From IMG/VR virus record IMGVR_UViG_3300031867_000009, positions 32,001 through 96,000 of that record: a stretch of DNA of 64,000 bases. One strand, written 5' to 3'. This DNA is from a virus (taxonomy: Duplodnaviria; Caudoviricetes). Below, one piece after another: positions 39,486 through 50,072 of this stretch (position 1 is its first letter; each line of letters opens with the position of its first letter). A model generated the notes under the pieces. The model worked only from the letters and a program-made list of their open reading frames with translations. It was not told the origin of the DNA and did not search any database. The position numbers and the translations under genes are program-made.

Positions 39486-39669
39486 TGCAGATAGAAGTTT
39501 TAAAGTACAATTTAATAGTTCCAATAATTCTTACTCTAAACTCAAATTTAATCGTACTTCAAATAACTTTAAGCCAAAAGCTGAAGTTAGTCCTACTGAA
39601 CAAGATATATACTATGATGAAATAATTTATTATGATGGAGGAGATGTGTACGGATATGGCGATAGTTAG
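39478..39669 (+). CDS. small structural-module protein
   Basis: 63-aa coupled ORF ending YDGG motif. Confidence 0.5.
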   Translation: MNSADRSFKVQFNSSNNSYSKLKFNRTSNNFKPKAEVSPTEQDIYYDEIIYYDGGDVYGYGDS

Positions 39670-39979
39670 AAAGCATGTAAAAGCAATTATACAACTGCGC
39701 CGCGCCACTGAGCCAGAATGGATTGAGGTAGACCCTATTCTGCGCGTAGGCGAACCGGCGCTCTCGACGGATGTCTATAAGTTAAAAATAGGTAATGGAC
39801 ATGACCACTGGTCTGAAATTCCTTATCTATTACAAACCGAATATGAAGAAATTATGGAACTTATAGAACATGGTATGTATGATGCAGGTAATGGAATTAC
39901 TTTAGATGATAGAGTAATTGCATTAGATGATTTAGTTCTTAATTGTGGCACAAGTACCACAAATATTTGGGAGGTATAA
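39656..39979 (+). CDS. fibre N-terminal (hyaluronidase/Mtd-N-like) domain protein
   Basis: IQLRRAT..EW...PILRVGE...KLKIGNG..W..IPY. Confidence 0.65.
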   Translation: MAIVRKHVKAIIQLRRATEPEWIEVDPILRVGEPALSTDVYKLKIGNGHDHWSEIPYLLQTEYEEIMELIEHGMYDAGNGITLDDRVIALDDLVLNCGTSTTNIWEV

Positions 39980-39980
39980 T

Positions 39981-40373
39981 ATGAGTGCTACAGTTAATAC
40001 ACGAATACAGATTAAACATGATACTACGGAAAATTGGAATAACGCAGTAGGTTTTATTCCTCTTCCTGGTGAAATCATTGTATATGATGATTATGAAGTT
40101 AAAACATATACAGTTGAAGAGTATGGTGAGACAGTTACAAAAACAGCATCAATTCCAAATGTAAAAGTTGGAACAGGAAATGCTTATGTACAAGATTTAG
40201 CTTTTGTTGATGAAAAAACAAGAGATATATTAATGACTCATATACAAAATCATGATATACATGTAACTTTACAAGAAAAAGTTTTTTGGAATAATAAAAT
40301 TAACGTTGATGACGCAGAAGAACAAATATCTGGCGAGTTAGAAGATGAGACGTTAATTCTAAATAGGAATTAA
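39981..40373 (+). CDS. fibre N-terminal (hyaluronidase/Mtd-N-like) domain protein
   Basis: RIQIKHDT..NW...FIPLPGEI..KVGTG..L.F. Confidence 0.6.
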   Translation: MSATVNTRIQIKHDTTENWNNAVGFIPLPGEIIVYDDYEVKTYTVEEYGETVTKTASIPNVKVGTGNAYVQDLAFVDEKTRDILMTHIQNHDIHVTLQEKVFWNNKINVDDAEEQISGELEDETLILNRN

Positions 40374-40384
40374 GGAGAGAAAGA

Positions 40385-41851
40385 ATGGCAGATATAAGTA
40401 AAATAACATTACCTTCTGGTAATACTTATGAAATTAAAGACGCCGTAGCTCGTCAGATGATTAGTGGCGGTGTATCATTTATCATTGCTTGGGATGGTAC
40501 TGCTGCACCAGTGGTAGCTAATATACCAGAAGGAGTAGTTATAACCTATAATGGTACTACTTATACTGGTACATTAACAGCCGAAACTAGTGGTACAGAC
40601 CCGCACGCACAAGCTGGAGCGTTTTATTTGGTAAAATCTAGTACAGAACCAAGTTCAGAAACTCTTGACATTTATGATGAATATGTTCCAGTTGGTACAA
40701 CTGGAAGTAAATTCTGGGAAAAAATTGGTGATACCCAAATTAATTTATCTGATGTGGTCACTGGAGTTGTTTTGAATAAACAAACAGATGTAGTACTTGG
40801 AGAGGCTACTACTTTTACAAATTCATCATCATCTGTTACTTTCAGCGGTGGTACTACTGACAAAGTACTTGGTGAAGCTACCACTTTTACAGTTAGTACA
40901 CCAACTATTACAGTTACTCCATCAACTACTAATATTAAAGCCACAGCTAGTGGGACAGCTGTTGGGGCCAATGGTACGGCCGCAGCGGTAACTGGGTATC
41001 CAAATACGACAAGTGATACTTTTGTTAAATCAGTTACAGCAGAAACGGGTAAAAATTTAGTTACAACAAGTATCGTTCCTACTAATGGAACAGAAAGTGT
41101 TTCAAAAGTTACAAAAACAGCTAGTAAATTAGTTACTACTACAATTCCTAATGTAACAGGAAATACTGCGGTTACAATTCCTAATGTTACAAGTAATACA
41201 AGTGTTACTGCAAATAAATCTACTTGGAGTTTTACAATGGGTTCTGGCGATGCATCAGAAACATTAATTATCGGTGGAGGAAATGGAAGTGATGTTACTG
41301 CCACTAATACTGGTCTAGGAACGGCACTTTCAGCTTCAAAAGTAACTTTAGGTACTGCAATTACCGCAGCTACTGGTGCAGTTGCTTCAACCGGTACTGG
41401 TAGTGATATTATAACCGCAGTAACAATAAGCGATAAAACTGTGGCTAAAGTTGGAACTGCAGTTACTGTTGCAACTGGTGCAACAGATGAAAATGGTACA
41501 GGTGATGCAGTTGTTACTGGTGTAACAGTTGGCACTTCTGGTAGTGCTCTTACCGGTCTTGGAACCCCATCAACAGCTACTGCACTTACTGGTGTTAAAG
41601 TTACTACACAACCTACGGTTAGTCTTGCAACTGGTGCTACCGCAGGTACTGGAGTGGTTAGTGTTGCAACTGGAATTAGTTCTGCTAGTTCAACTCAACC
41701 ATCAGTTACTGTTGGAACAAATGATAAAGTTACTGCTGTTACTGGTATTGGAACTGGTACAGCTGCAGCTCAAACAATTACTGTTGGAACAAATGATAAG
41801 GTTACTGCTCTTAAGAGCGACACAAGTCTTACAGTAAACAAAGGTAACTAA
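40385..41851 (+). CDS. Thr-rich fibre-like protein
   Basis: MADISKITLPSG N-terminus, YDEY..WEKIG, T/G/V/A-rich repeats. Confidence 0.65.
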   Translation: MADISKITLPSGNTYEIKDAVARQMISGGVSFIIAWDGTAAPVVANIPEGVVITYNGTTYTGTLTAETSGTDPHAQAGAFYLVKSSTEPSSETLDIYDEYVPVGTTGSKFWEKIGDTQINLSDVVTGVVLNKQTDVVLGEATTFTNSSSSVTFSGGTTDKVLGEATTFTVSTPTITVTPSTTNIKATASGTAVGANGTAAAVTGYPNTTSDTFVKSVTAETGKNLVTTSIVPTNGTESVSKVTKTASKLVTTTIPNVTGNTAVTIPNVTSNTSVTANKSTWSFTMGSGDASETLIIGGGNGSDVTATNTGLGTALSASKVTLGTAITAATGAVASTGTGSDIITAVTISDKTVAKVGTAVTVATGATDENGTGDAVVTGVTVGTSGSALTGLGTPSTATALTGVKVTTQPTVSLATGATAGTGVVSVATGISSASSTQPSVTVGTNDKVTAVTGIGTGTAAAQTITVGTNDKVTALKSDTSLTVNKGN

Positions 41852-41864
41852 GGAGGTGATTTAA

Positions 41865-43253
41865 ATGGCAAATATTAGTGCTATTAAATTACCTAGTGGA
41901 AATACTTATAATATAAAAGATAGTATTAGCGGATATACGACTAATACTGGTACTATTACGAAAGTACAAACTACGGCGGGCGCCCACACAACAATTAATG
42001 TGTCTAGTGGCGCCGCCACATTTAATGTTCCGACAAAGACAAGTCATTTGACGAATGATAGTGGTTTTTTAACTTCACATCAAGATATTAGTGGAAAAGC
42101 TGATAAAGCTACAACCTTAGCTGGTTATGGAATTACTGATGCTAAAATTGCAAGTGGCACGATAACTCTTGGAAATAATACAATAACTCCACTTACAAGT
42201 TCATCTACACTTAGTGCAGCTAAATTAAGTGGGGTAATTCCAAGTGCAGTTACCGCGACTACTCAGGCGGCATCAGATAATTCTACAAAAATTGCTACGA
42301 CTGCATTTGTTTCAAGTGCAATTAGTGGTTTACCAACTCCAATGCAATTTATTGGTACAGTTGGTACAAATGGAACAACCACCTGGGCTAATTTGCCGGC
42401 AGCGTCTGGACATAATGGATATACATATAAGGTTATAACTGCACACACCGCAGAAACTGGTAAACCAGCCGCAGATGTGGGAGATGCTCTTATCTCCAAT
42501 GGTACTGAATGGATTGTTATACCTGCTGGTGATGAAACAGCTACTCAAAGTGCTGCAACTGGTATATCAATTGCAAACCATGGAACCGGTACAGTTATAG
42601 GTGTTCAATCAACAACAACTTCGGTAACTGGTGTTAGTGGTTCAGTTACCGGTTCTCATGTTAAAAGTGGTGGTAATGGAACAGCACCGACACTTGGAGG
42701 CAAAATTCCAACAGTTAGCGCTTCTGATGTAACAGTTCCAATTAAAAACACAAGTGCAACGACGGTTCCAATTAAAAATACAAGTGCTACATCTATACCT
42801 AATGTTACAAGTGTAGGAAGTGCTTCGACTTGGGCTTTTACTTCAAAAACTGTTGTAACAGATATTACTTTTGCAATGGATACCACAGATACTAAAAAAT
42901 TAAAAATTACTAAATCAACCGATACGGTTTATTCTAAATCTAGTGGTGCCAATGGAACGGCTCCAACACTTGGTACAGCAATTTCTATTATTGGTGTTCA
43001 ATCAAGTACAACTTCAGTCACCGGAGTACAGTCAAGCACAACTACTGCTTCTAAAGTTACGGTTGGAACTTCAAACACTGATTATGCAGTAACTTCTGCT
43101 GGTAGTGCTTCTAATTGGGTATTTGAAAATGTTACAGTACCAAAAGCTGCAGCGAGTGCAACAACTGTTCCAATTAAAAATTCAAGTGCATCTACATTCG
43201 TAACTGGTACAACACATACTATTACAGACAATGGACATACACATACAATTTAA
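41865..43253 (+). CDS. Thr/Ser-rich fibre-like protein
   Basis: TTLAGYGITDA and DNSTKIATTAFV tail-fibre repeats, PTKTSHLTNDSGF. Confidence 0.7.
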   Translation: MANISAIKLPSGNTYNIKDSISGYTTNTGTITKVQTTAGAHTTINVSSGAATFNVPTKTSHLTNDSGFLTSHQDISGKADKATTLAGYGITDAKIASGTITLGNNTITPLTSSSTLSAAKLSGVIPSAVTATTQAASDNSTKIATTAFVSSAISGLPTPMQFIGTVGTNGTTTWANLPAASGHNGYTYKVITAHTAETGKPAADVGDALISNGTEWIVIPAGDETATQSAATGISIANHGTGTVIGVQSTTTSVTGVSGSVTGSHVKSGGNGTAPTLGGKIPTVSASDVTVPIKNTSATTVPIKNTSATSIPNVTSVGSASTWAFTSKTVVTDITFAMDTTDTKKLKITKSTDTVYSKSSGANGTAPTLGTAISIIGVQSSTTSVTGVQSSTTTASKVTVGTSNTDYAVTSAGSASNWVFENVTVPKAAASATTVPIKNSSASTFVTGTTHTITDNGHTHTI

Positions 43254-43259
43254 TAACTT

Positions 43260-43297
43260 GCTATACGTATATGCGCGGCCGCGCATATACGTATAGC
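43260..43297. repeat. perfect 38-bp palindrome
   Basis: gctatacgtatatgcgcgg|ccgcgcatatacgtatagc, no spacer. Confidence 0.95.
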
Positions 43298-43330
43298 GTA
43301 TACATATATAAAACTATGAGGAGAAGATAA

Positions 43331-43657
43331 ATGCTTTATATCGACGAAGAACAAAACATAACACTTACAAGGGGAGATACTGGTATCTTCAACATTTCCC
43401 TTCAAAATCAAAAAGGCAAAGCATATACTCCTCAACAAGGAGATAGCCTTCAATTTGCCTTAAGTGAAGGATATGGTAAAACACCTCTCCTTATTAAACA
43501 AATACCAATTGATACTTGTATTTTAGAACTTGAACCGAATGATACTAAATCTTTAAAATTTAAACGGTATAAATATGATGTTCAATTCACAAGTGCGGAA
43601 GGACAAGTATCAACTATTATTTTAGGTGATTTCATAGTAGATAATGAGGTAGGATAA
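43331..43657 (+). CDS. BppU-N-like structural protein
   Basis: ITLTRGDT, L.P.DTK.L..Y.YDVQ pattern. Confidence 0.6.
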   Translation: MLYIDEEQNITLTRGDTGIFNISLQNQKGKAYTPQQGDSLQFALSEGYGKTPLLIKQIPIDTCILELEPNDTKSLKFKRYKYDVQFTSAEGQVSTIILGDFIVDNEVG

Positions 43658-43935
43658 TGATTATCAACGGAATAGGTGAACTAAAAGGTACTATTACTGC
43701 ACCTGCCTGCCTTGTTGGTAAAATTTCCGGAAATAGTAACAACCTTGGAGGGGTTATAACTTTCTCTGATGGAATTGCCACCTATTCTGGAGATTATATA
43801 ATAACTCCTAAGGTGCAGCCACAAACAATGAATACAAAAAATAAAAAAATGGAAGCAAATGTTACGGTTTTAGCTATTCCGTATTATGAAACTTCCAACC
43901 TTAAAGGTAAAACAGTTTATATTGGAGGGGAATAA
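43657..43935 (+). CDS. small structural protein
   Basis: YSGDYIITP..Q...TKNK....VTV..IPY.ETSN..G.TVYIG. Confidence 0.6.
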   Translation: MIINGIGELKGTITAPACLVGKISGNSNNLGGVITFSDGIATYSGDYIITPKVQPQTMNTKNKKMEANVTVLAIPYYETSNLKGKTVYIGGE

Positions 43936-44528
43936 TGGCTAATAATGAATATATTAATAAAGTCATATATGGTGGTAATACATTAATTGATTTAACAAGT
44001 GATACTGTTACTGCCGATAAAATCTTAAGTGGTTATACAGCTCACGCAGCATCTGGTGCGCCTATTACTGGTACTTGTGCATTTGATGCAGATACTTCTG
44101 ATGCAACAGCTGCAGTTGCAGAAGTTTTAACTAGTAAAACTTTTTATAAGAATGGGGATAAACTTACTGGTACAATGCCTAACCGTGGCGCAGTAACTGG
44201 TACTATTTCAACTGTGTCTGGGAGTTATACTATTCCAAATGGTTATCATGATGGTTCTGGTACTGTTGGTATTAGTTCAACTGAACAAGCAAAAATTATT
44301 GCTGAAAATATTAGACAGGGTGTTGAAATTCTTGGCGTAACTGGTACGATGAGTGGTTCTGAAGATGTAAACGCACAGAGCAAAACAGTTACTCCTACTA
44401 TAGCATCTCAAACAGTTACTCCAGATACAGGTTATAACTATTTATCTCAAGTTACAGTTAATGCAATTCCTTATACAGAAACAGATAATGCCGCAGGTGG
44501 TAAAACAGTAACTATTGCTGCTGCATAG
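43935..44528 (+). CDS. fibre/decoration protein
   Basis: NKVIYGG.TLIDLT.DT, YTIPNGYHDGSGTV, ENIRQGVEILGVTGT. Confidence 0.65.
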   Translation: MANNEYINKVIYGGNTLIDLTSDTVTADKILSGYTAHAASGAPITGTCAFDADTSDATAAVAEVLTSKTFYKNGDKLTGTMPNRGAVTGTISTVSGSYTIPNGYHDGSGTVGISSTEQAKIIAENIRQGVEILGVTGTMSGSEDVNAQSKTVTPTIASQTVTPDTGYNYLSQVTVNAIPYTETDNAAGGKTVTIAAA

Positions 44529-44539
44529 GAGGTAAACTT

Positions 44540-45460
44540 ATGGCTGAGAATCCACATGTTAATAAAGTAGTATATGGGGATACAACGCTGATGGATATTT
44601 CAGATACAACAGCTGAACAGTCTGATGTTTTACAAGGAAAATATTTTTATAATGCTAGCGGTGCCAAAGTTCAAGGCACCGCTATTACTGGCATTTCAGA
44701 TGTTAAGGTAGATGGAACTTCTGTTGTTAGTGGTGGAATTGCTGTAATTGACTTAACAGGAAAAGCAAATGCTTCACATACTCATACTACAATTGATATA
44801 ACAGATTTTCCAGAGCTGGCTACTGTAGCTACCTCTGGAGATTATAATGATTTAACAAATACTCCAACTGCTTTTGTAGGTACAGATGGGACGACTGCGG
44901 GCACGGTAGGTCTTGTTCCTGCGCCAGCTACAACTGATGCAACTAAATTTTTAAATGCTGATGGTAATTGGGAATTTGCAATGACTACAATGGTTATTGC
45001 TAGATATGGAATAACTACTTTTGCAGAAATATTAGATGCTTATAAAAAAGGTTGGATAATTTACACTCGCGCGTCAAGTAATTCCAATCCGGCAACCGGT
45101 TCTCAAACCAGACTTGCTTTTATGGCTTATGTTAATAATGCAGATAATCCAACAGAAATCGAATTTCAGTATTACAGGTCTATGTCGAGTCATACTGATA
45201 CTTCGCAAGGCGACCAAGTTTATATTTATAAGATAAATAAGACTGGTGGTTGGTCTGTTACTGTAAGAGAAGCTGCTACTAGATTAATACCAAGCACTGG
45301 TTTGACTCACACTTTTGTTACTGGAATTAAATCGACAAATACGGTTAAAGTAAATCTTAACTCAGAAACTTCATTAGGTACAATAGGTACAACAGAAGGA
45401 TTATATCCAATTGGTGTTGATTCGAATGGACAGCTGTGTGTATTAATATCTAATGAATAA
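44540..45460 (+). CDS. fibre-like protein
   Basis: NKVVYG N-terminus, HTH...ITDFP, LATVATSGDYNDLTNTP, GLVPAP motifs. Confidence 0.65.
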   Translation: MAENPHVNKVVYGDTTLMDISDTTAEQSDVLQGKYFYNASGAKVQGTAITGISDVKVDGTSVVSGGIAVIDLTGKANASHTHTTIDITDFPELATVATSGDYNDLTNTPTAFVGTDGTTAGTVGLVPAPATTDATKFLNADGNWEFAMTTMVIARYGITTFAEILDAYKKGWIIYTRASSNSNPATGSQTRLAFMAYVNNADNPTEIEFQYYRSMSSHTDTSQGDQVYIYKINKTGGWSVTVREAATRLIPSTGLTHTFVTGIKSTNTVKVNLNSETSLGTIGTTEGLYPIGVDSNGQLCVLISNE

Positions 45461-45516
45461 AAATTTTAGTGGTATTTATGAACTTAATTGATAAATTATA
45501 TTGAGGAGATTTTTCA

Positions 45517-47211
45517 ATGGCGACATATACATTTGATAAAATCGATTATGGTGGTAATACTTATGTCGTTTCTGATAGCGGGGCATTACAGTTAACGGGT
45601 GGACAAGTAACTGGCCCCGTTACTTTTGGTGATTCGGTTTCTATTGATGAAGCTACTTTAGGAGATTTAGTAGTCAATGGAAGCGCGAGTTTTACTAATA
45701 ATATACAAGCAAATACAATTAATGGAGTAACTGTTGGAAGTTCTCCTAAATTTACAGATACAGATACAAAAGTAACATCTTCAGCTAATCACTATACGCC
45801 GGCTACTGCATCCGGAAATGATAAGACTGCTTCAGCTTCTGGTGCTACTGCAGCGTGGAGCATTGATGTTGTTAAGGGGATTACTATTAATACAGATGGC
45901 AAGGGTCATATTACAGGGCTATCTGTTACTTCTGGAAAAATTCCAGCAAATCCGAATACAGATGTAAAAGTTAAACAACTTGCGGCAATTACTACTGCAG
46001 GAGCATATCCAATAATATTAGCTTATTCTACTGCCACTACTGAAGAAACTAATTCAGTCAATAAAACAAGTACTTTAACATATAATCCAAACACTAAAGC
46101 ACTTGTTACTGGTGGTACAGTTGATGGATATACTTTAGCAGCAGCTAGTGCAAAATCAGTCGTAACTTCTATTGATACATCTGCAAGTTTACCAACATCT
46201 AATGCGGTTAAAACTTTTGTAGAAAACAAAGGTTATACAACTAATACTGGTACTGTGACAAAAGTTACTGCTGGTACTGGTTTATCAATTGGATCAACTG
46301 CAGGTGGTAATTTTACTACTACAGGTACAATTAATCATACAAATTCAGTTACAGCACAAACTACTCAAGCGGTATATCCAATTAAAATTGATGCACAAGG
46401 TCATATTTCAGCATATGGTAGTGCAGTTACACCCTTAACCTCACATCAAACAATTAAACAAGATGGAGTCACCGGTGCAACTGGTAACCATTTTGGTACT
46501 TGTTCGGTTGCTGCAGGCACAGCCGCGAAAACTGTTTCAATAACTGCGGGTACTCCTACGTTAGAAGCTGGTTTACGAGTAACTGTTAAGTTTGCTAATG
46601 CAAATACTGCGGGAACCCCAACTTTAAATGTTAATAGTTTGGGAGCTAAAAATATTTTCCATAAAGGTGCGCAAATTACAACAGGTGCGAATAAAGCTTT
46701 ACTTGCTGGTACTGTTGAATTTGTATATGATGGTACTCAATGGCAATTAGTTGGAAATTATATAGATACAGATACTAAAGCATGGGGTAGTATTACTGGT
46801 AAGCCAACTGCAACTGGTTCCAATACTACGGGTATTACTGCTTCTACAACAGCTACAAAAACAACACTTGGAACAGCAAATTCAATTTATGGGGTCGGTT
46901 CAACAACTACAACTGCTTCAAAAGCAAGCGGTAGCAATGGAACCGCATCAAGTTGGACTTTTGCAGAACAAGTAGTTGTTGTAGGTATAGAAGGTTATAT
47001 TGAAGAAAGTGAAGATACTTTAGTTATAGGTACTGCAGTCACTCGTATTCAATCTAAAACAGGCGGATCGAATGGTACTGCACCAACTTGGTCGTTTACT
47101 GATGTTACCGTACCAATTAAAAATAGTTCAGCTACTTCAATTCCGAATGTATCTGTTGCTTCTGCCACTGTTTCAATTACAGATAATGGACATACTCATT
47201 CGATTAGTTAA
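45517..47211 (+). CDS. Thr-rich fibre-like protein
   Basis: DGKGHIT, YNP.T, PTLNVNSLGAK..YDGTQW modules. Confidence 0.7.
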   Translation: MATYTFDKIDYGGNTYVVSDSGALQLTGGQVTGPVTFGDSVSIDEATLGDLVVNGSASFTNNIQANTINGVTVGSSPKFTDTDTKVTSSANHYTPATASGNDKTASASGATAAWSIDVVKGITINTDGKGHITGLSVTSGKIPANPNTDVKVKQLAAITTAGAYPIILAYSTATTEETNSVNKTSTLTYNPNTKALVTGGTVDGYTLAAASAKSVVTSIDTSASLPTSNAVKTFVENKGYTTNTGTVTKVTAGTGLSIGSTAGGNFTTTGTINHTNSVTAQTTQAVYPIKIDAQGHISAYGSAVTPLTSHQTIKQDGVTGATGNHFGTCSVAAGTAAKTVSITAGTPTLEAGLRVTVKFANANTAGTPTLNVNSLGAKNIFHKGAQITTGANKALLAGTVEFVYDGTQWQLVGNYIDTDTKAWGSITGKPTATGSNTTGITASTTATKTTLGTANSIYGVGSTTTTASKASGSNGTASSWTFAEQVVVVGIEGYIEESEDTLVIGTAVTRIQSKTGGSNGTAPTWSFTDVTVPIKNSSATSIPNVSVASATVSITDNGHTHSIS

Positions 47212-47215
47212 AAAT

Positions 47216-47244
47216 TTGACATATACGTTAATTTATGATATATT
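47216..47244 (+). promoter_or_regulatory. sigmaA-type promoter
   Basis: aaatTTGACA-17-TATATT with extended TG. Confidence 0.65.
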
Positions 47245-47263
47245 TAATTTAGACAAATGTCTA

Positions 47264-47303
47264 AACGTACACGGCGGGCCGCCCGCCGGAGGCCGTATAC
47301 GTT
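47264..47303. repeat. GC-rich inverted repeat
   Basis: aacgtacacggc...gccgtatacgtt arms with internal cggcgggc/gcccgccg. Confidence 0.7.
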
Positions 47304-47328
47304 CAACCTATAAATAAGGAGAATATGT

Positions 47329-48201
47329 ATGGCAACATATACTAGAATTAAAAAAATAAAAATTGGAGATAATATTTTTCAATTTTTTATGCCCTCAATA
47401 AAAGTAGATAATATTAATATTGCAAATTTTGATTATTATAATTTAAGTTTTGATGATAGTTTTACTTTGTCTTCAACAGCGGAATTAATTGGAGGCAATG
47501 ATGAATATACTACAGGAACAACCACAATAGGTTTAAAACTTGGATATACAACAAGTGGAAATAATCGTGCTGTTCAAGCTGATTCAAATGGTAATTTATA
47601 TGTAACTCAGAAAGATGATAATTCAGATGAAAAAGTAAAATTAACTTCACAAGCTACTAGCGGTACTTATCCATTAATATTCGGCCCGACTTCTATTACT
47701 AGTAACTCAACATATCAAGGATATTATAATACCGGAATTACAGTCAATCCTTCAACTAAAACAGTTACAGCTACTACATTTGTTGGTGCTTTAACTGGTA
47801 CTGCAAGTGGTAATTTAACGTCAAGTTCTACTCTTAATGCAACTAAGTTAAGTGGTACAATTCCAACCAGTTGTTATACAAATACTAAAAATACAGCTGG
47901 AACTACCAATAAAACTGGTACTAAAATGTTTTTAGTAGCCGCAACTGAGCAATCTACCAATCCAACAACCTATTCTAATTCTAATTGTTATATTGGTACA
48001 GATAATTGTTTATATTCTGGAGGAACTAAAGTATTAACTGCCCATCAAACTGCGGTTACCTCACTTACAACAACAGCTGGTACACATACTACTAGAACTA
48101 ATGCAACTGGAGCTGTGGGTTTAACTATACCAACTAAAACCTCCCATTTAACCAATGATAGTGGATTTATTTCGACAGCGGCGCAAATTATACGTTGGTA
48201 G
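47329..48201 (+). CDS. fibre-like protein
   Basis: shares LTSSSTL.A.KLSG.IP and PTKTSHLTNDSGF modules with 41865. Confidence 0.65.
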   Translation: MATYTRIKKIKIGDNIFQFFMPSIKVDNINIANFDYYNLSFDDSFTLSSTAELIGGNDEYTTGTTTIGLKLGYTTSGNNRAVQADSNGNLYVTQKDDNSDEKVKLTSQATSGTYPLIFGPTSITSNSTYQGYYNTGITVNPSTKTVTATTFVGALTGTASGNLTSSSTLNATKLSGTIPTSCYTNTKNTAGTTNKTGTKMFLVAATEQSTNPTTYSNSNCYIGTDNCLYSGGTKVLTAHQTAVTSLTTTAGTHTTRTNATGAVGLTIPTKTSHLTNDSGFISTAAQIIRW

Positions 48202-48205
48202 AAAT

Positions 48206-48234
48206 TTGACTTATTAGGAAGTTTATGATATACT
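48206..48234 (+). promoter_or_regulatory. sigmaA-type promoter
   Basis: aaatTTGACT-17-TATACT with extended TG. Confidence 0.7.
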
Positions 48235-48269
48235 ATATATAGTGAAAATTTTTTGTAGGAGATATAAGT

Positions 48270-48812
48270 ATGTATTTAGGTTCACATATGGTAAGTTGGC
48301 AAGGATTATCAAGTCGAGATAGTTCTATATTAGAAGAAATTATAATGAGAACTATTAGTGGTTCTTATTATAATAGTAATATAACCACAATTAATGATGG
48401 TGCATTTTATGGTTGCTCTAATTTAACTTCAGTTAATTTACCAAATGTTACTTTTGTTGGTAATTATGCTTTTGGTTCTTGTTTAAATTTAACTACAGTT
48501 AATTTACCTAAGGTTACATGGATTGCAAATTCTGCTTTTACTAGTTGTATTAATTTAAGTACAATTAAATTACCGCGGGTAACTACTATTCAAACCGGTG
48601 CTTTTATATCTTGTTCAAATTTATTATCATTATATTTATTAGGTAATTCTATACCTAATTTAGATCTTAATGCTTTTTATTATACTCCTTTTTCATCAGA
48701 TGCTTCAATTGAAGGAGTATATGGTAGTATTTATGTACCAGCATCACTTTATAATAATTATTTAATTACGAGTAATTGGTCAGATTATTCAGAACGAATT
48801 GTACCTATATAA
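48270..48812 (+). CDS. BspA-type leucine-rich repeat protein (short)
   Basis: I...AF..C.NL..VNLP.VT repeats; IYVPASLY..Y....NW cap. Confidence 0.85.
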   Translation: MYLGSHMVSWQGLSSRDSSILEEIIMRTISGSYYNSNITTINDGAFYGCSNLTSVNLPNVTFVGNYAFGSCLNLTTVNLPKVTWIANSAFTSCINLSTIKLPRVTTIQTGAFISCSNLLSLYLLGNSIPNLDLNAFYYTPFSSDASIEGVYGSIYVPASLYNNYLITSNWSDYSERIVPI

Positions 48813-48824
48813 GAGGAGAAAATT

Positions 48825-50063
48825 ATGGGAGTTTATTTGGGTTCGAATTTTATTAATGATATTAATAATATAACCTATATAGATGAAAATTTTTTACAAG
48901 AAAATGCTTTTTTAAAAGGACAAATTTCATATTATGAAAATAATAGTATGGTTTCGGTTGGAGATTATACTTTTCGCGCACAGAAAAATTTGGTTTCTAT
49001 TAATTTACCAAATGTTACTTCTGTTGGAATATATGCTTTTTATTCTTGTAAGAGTTTAGAAACAATTAATATATCTTCTGCTACTACAATTGGTACACAT
49101 GCTTTTACTTCATGTACAAATTTAATTTCAATTAATTTACCAAAAGTTACTACTATTGGTACTTATGCTTTTTCAAGCTGTCAACAATTAACTTTAGTTG
49201 ATATACCCAAACTTTCTAGTGTTCCATTGGGAGCATTTGCTAATTGTAAACAATTAACTACTGTTAATTTACCTAGTGCAACTTCAATTGATACTTCTGC
49301 TTTTTCTGGATGTAATAGTTTAGCGGTAATTAGTATGTCAAAAGTTACATCAGTTTCTAGTTGCGCTTTTTATAGTTGTGAGAATTTAACTTCAGTTAAT
49401 TTACCAAAAGTAACGACAATTGGATCTTCAGCTTTTTATCGATGTACAAAGTTAACTTCACTTAATATACCTAGTGTTCGCGCGATTTATCACGATGCTT
49501 TTCGCAACTGTTTCTGTTTAACAAACCTTAATTTAAATTCTGCAAATATAATTTATGGAAGATGTAATTTAAAACAGAATCGTAGCTCGTTTTATGGAGC
49601 TTTTTATTTGTGTTCAGGATTAGTTTCTATTAGTATCCCAAACGTAACAACTATACAATCAGTTGCTTTTGGATGTTGTTATAATTTAGCTACAGTTGAT
49701 GGTCCAAATGTTAAAACTGTAGGAGGTTATTATTCATCTAGTACAGTTGGAAATTCAACTTATTATTTATATGGTGGGGCATTTATGTCATGTCATAATT
49801 TAACTATGGTAAGTTTTCCAACATTATCAACTATTCAATCAGGAGCTTTCGCTTTTTGTTATAATTTATTATCAGTATATTTATTGGGTAGTTCTATAGT
49901 AAGTTTAACAGATACAAATGCTTTTCGTTCTACCCCAATATCAACTTATACGACTTCAACTGATGGAGTTCATGGGTCAATATATGTACCAGCATCATTA
50001 TATGGATACTATAAAACTTCAACTAATTGGTCAAGATATTCTGCTCGTTTTGTATCAGTATAG
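48825..50063 (+). CDS. BspA-type leucine-rich repeat protein (long)
   Basis: about 12-13 LRR_5-type repeats, same C-terminal cap. Confidence 0.85.
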   Translation: MGVYLGSNFINDINNITYIDENFLQENAFLKGQISYYENNSMVSVGDYTFRAQKNLVSINLPNVTSVGIYAFYSCKSLETINISSATTIGTHAFTSCTNLISINLPKVTTIGTYAFSSCQQLTLVDIPKLSSVPLGAFANCKQLTTVNLPSATSIDTSAFSGCNSLAVISMSKVTSVSSCAFYSCENLTSVNLPKVTTIGSSAFYRCTKLTSLNIPSVRAIYHDAFRNCFCLTNLNLNSANIIYGRCNLKQNRSSFYGAFYLCSGLVSISIPNVTTIQSVAFGCCYNLATVDGPNVKTVGGYYSSSTVGNSTYYLYGGAFMSCHNLTMVSFPTLSTIQSGAFAFCYNLLSVYLLGSSIVSLTDTNAFRSTPISTYTTSTDGVHGSIYVPASLYGYYKTSTNWSRYSARFVSV

Positions 50064-50072
50064 GAGGTTTAA

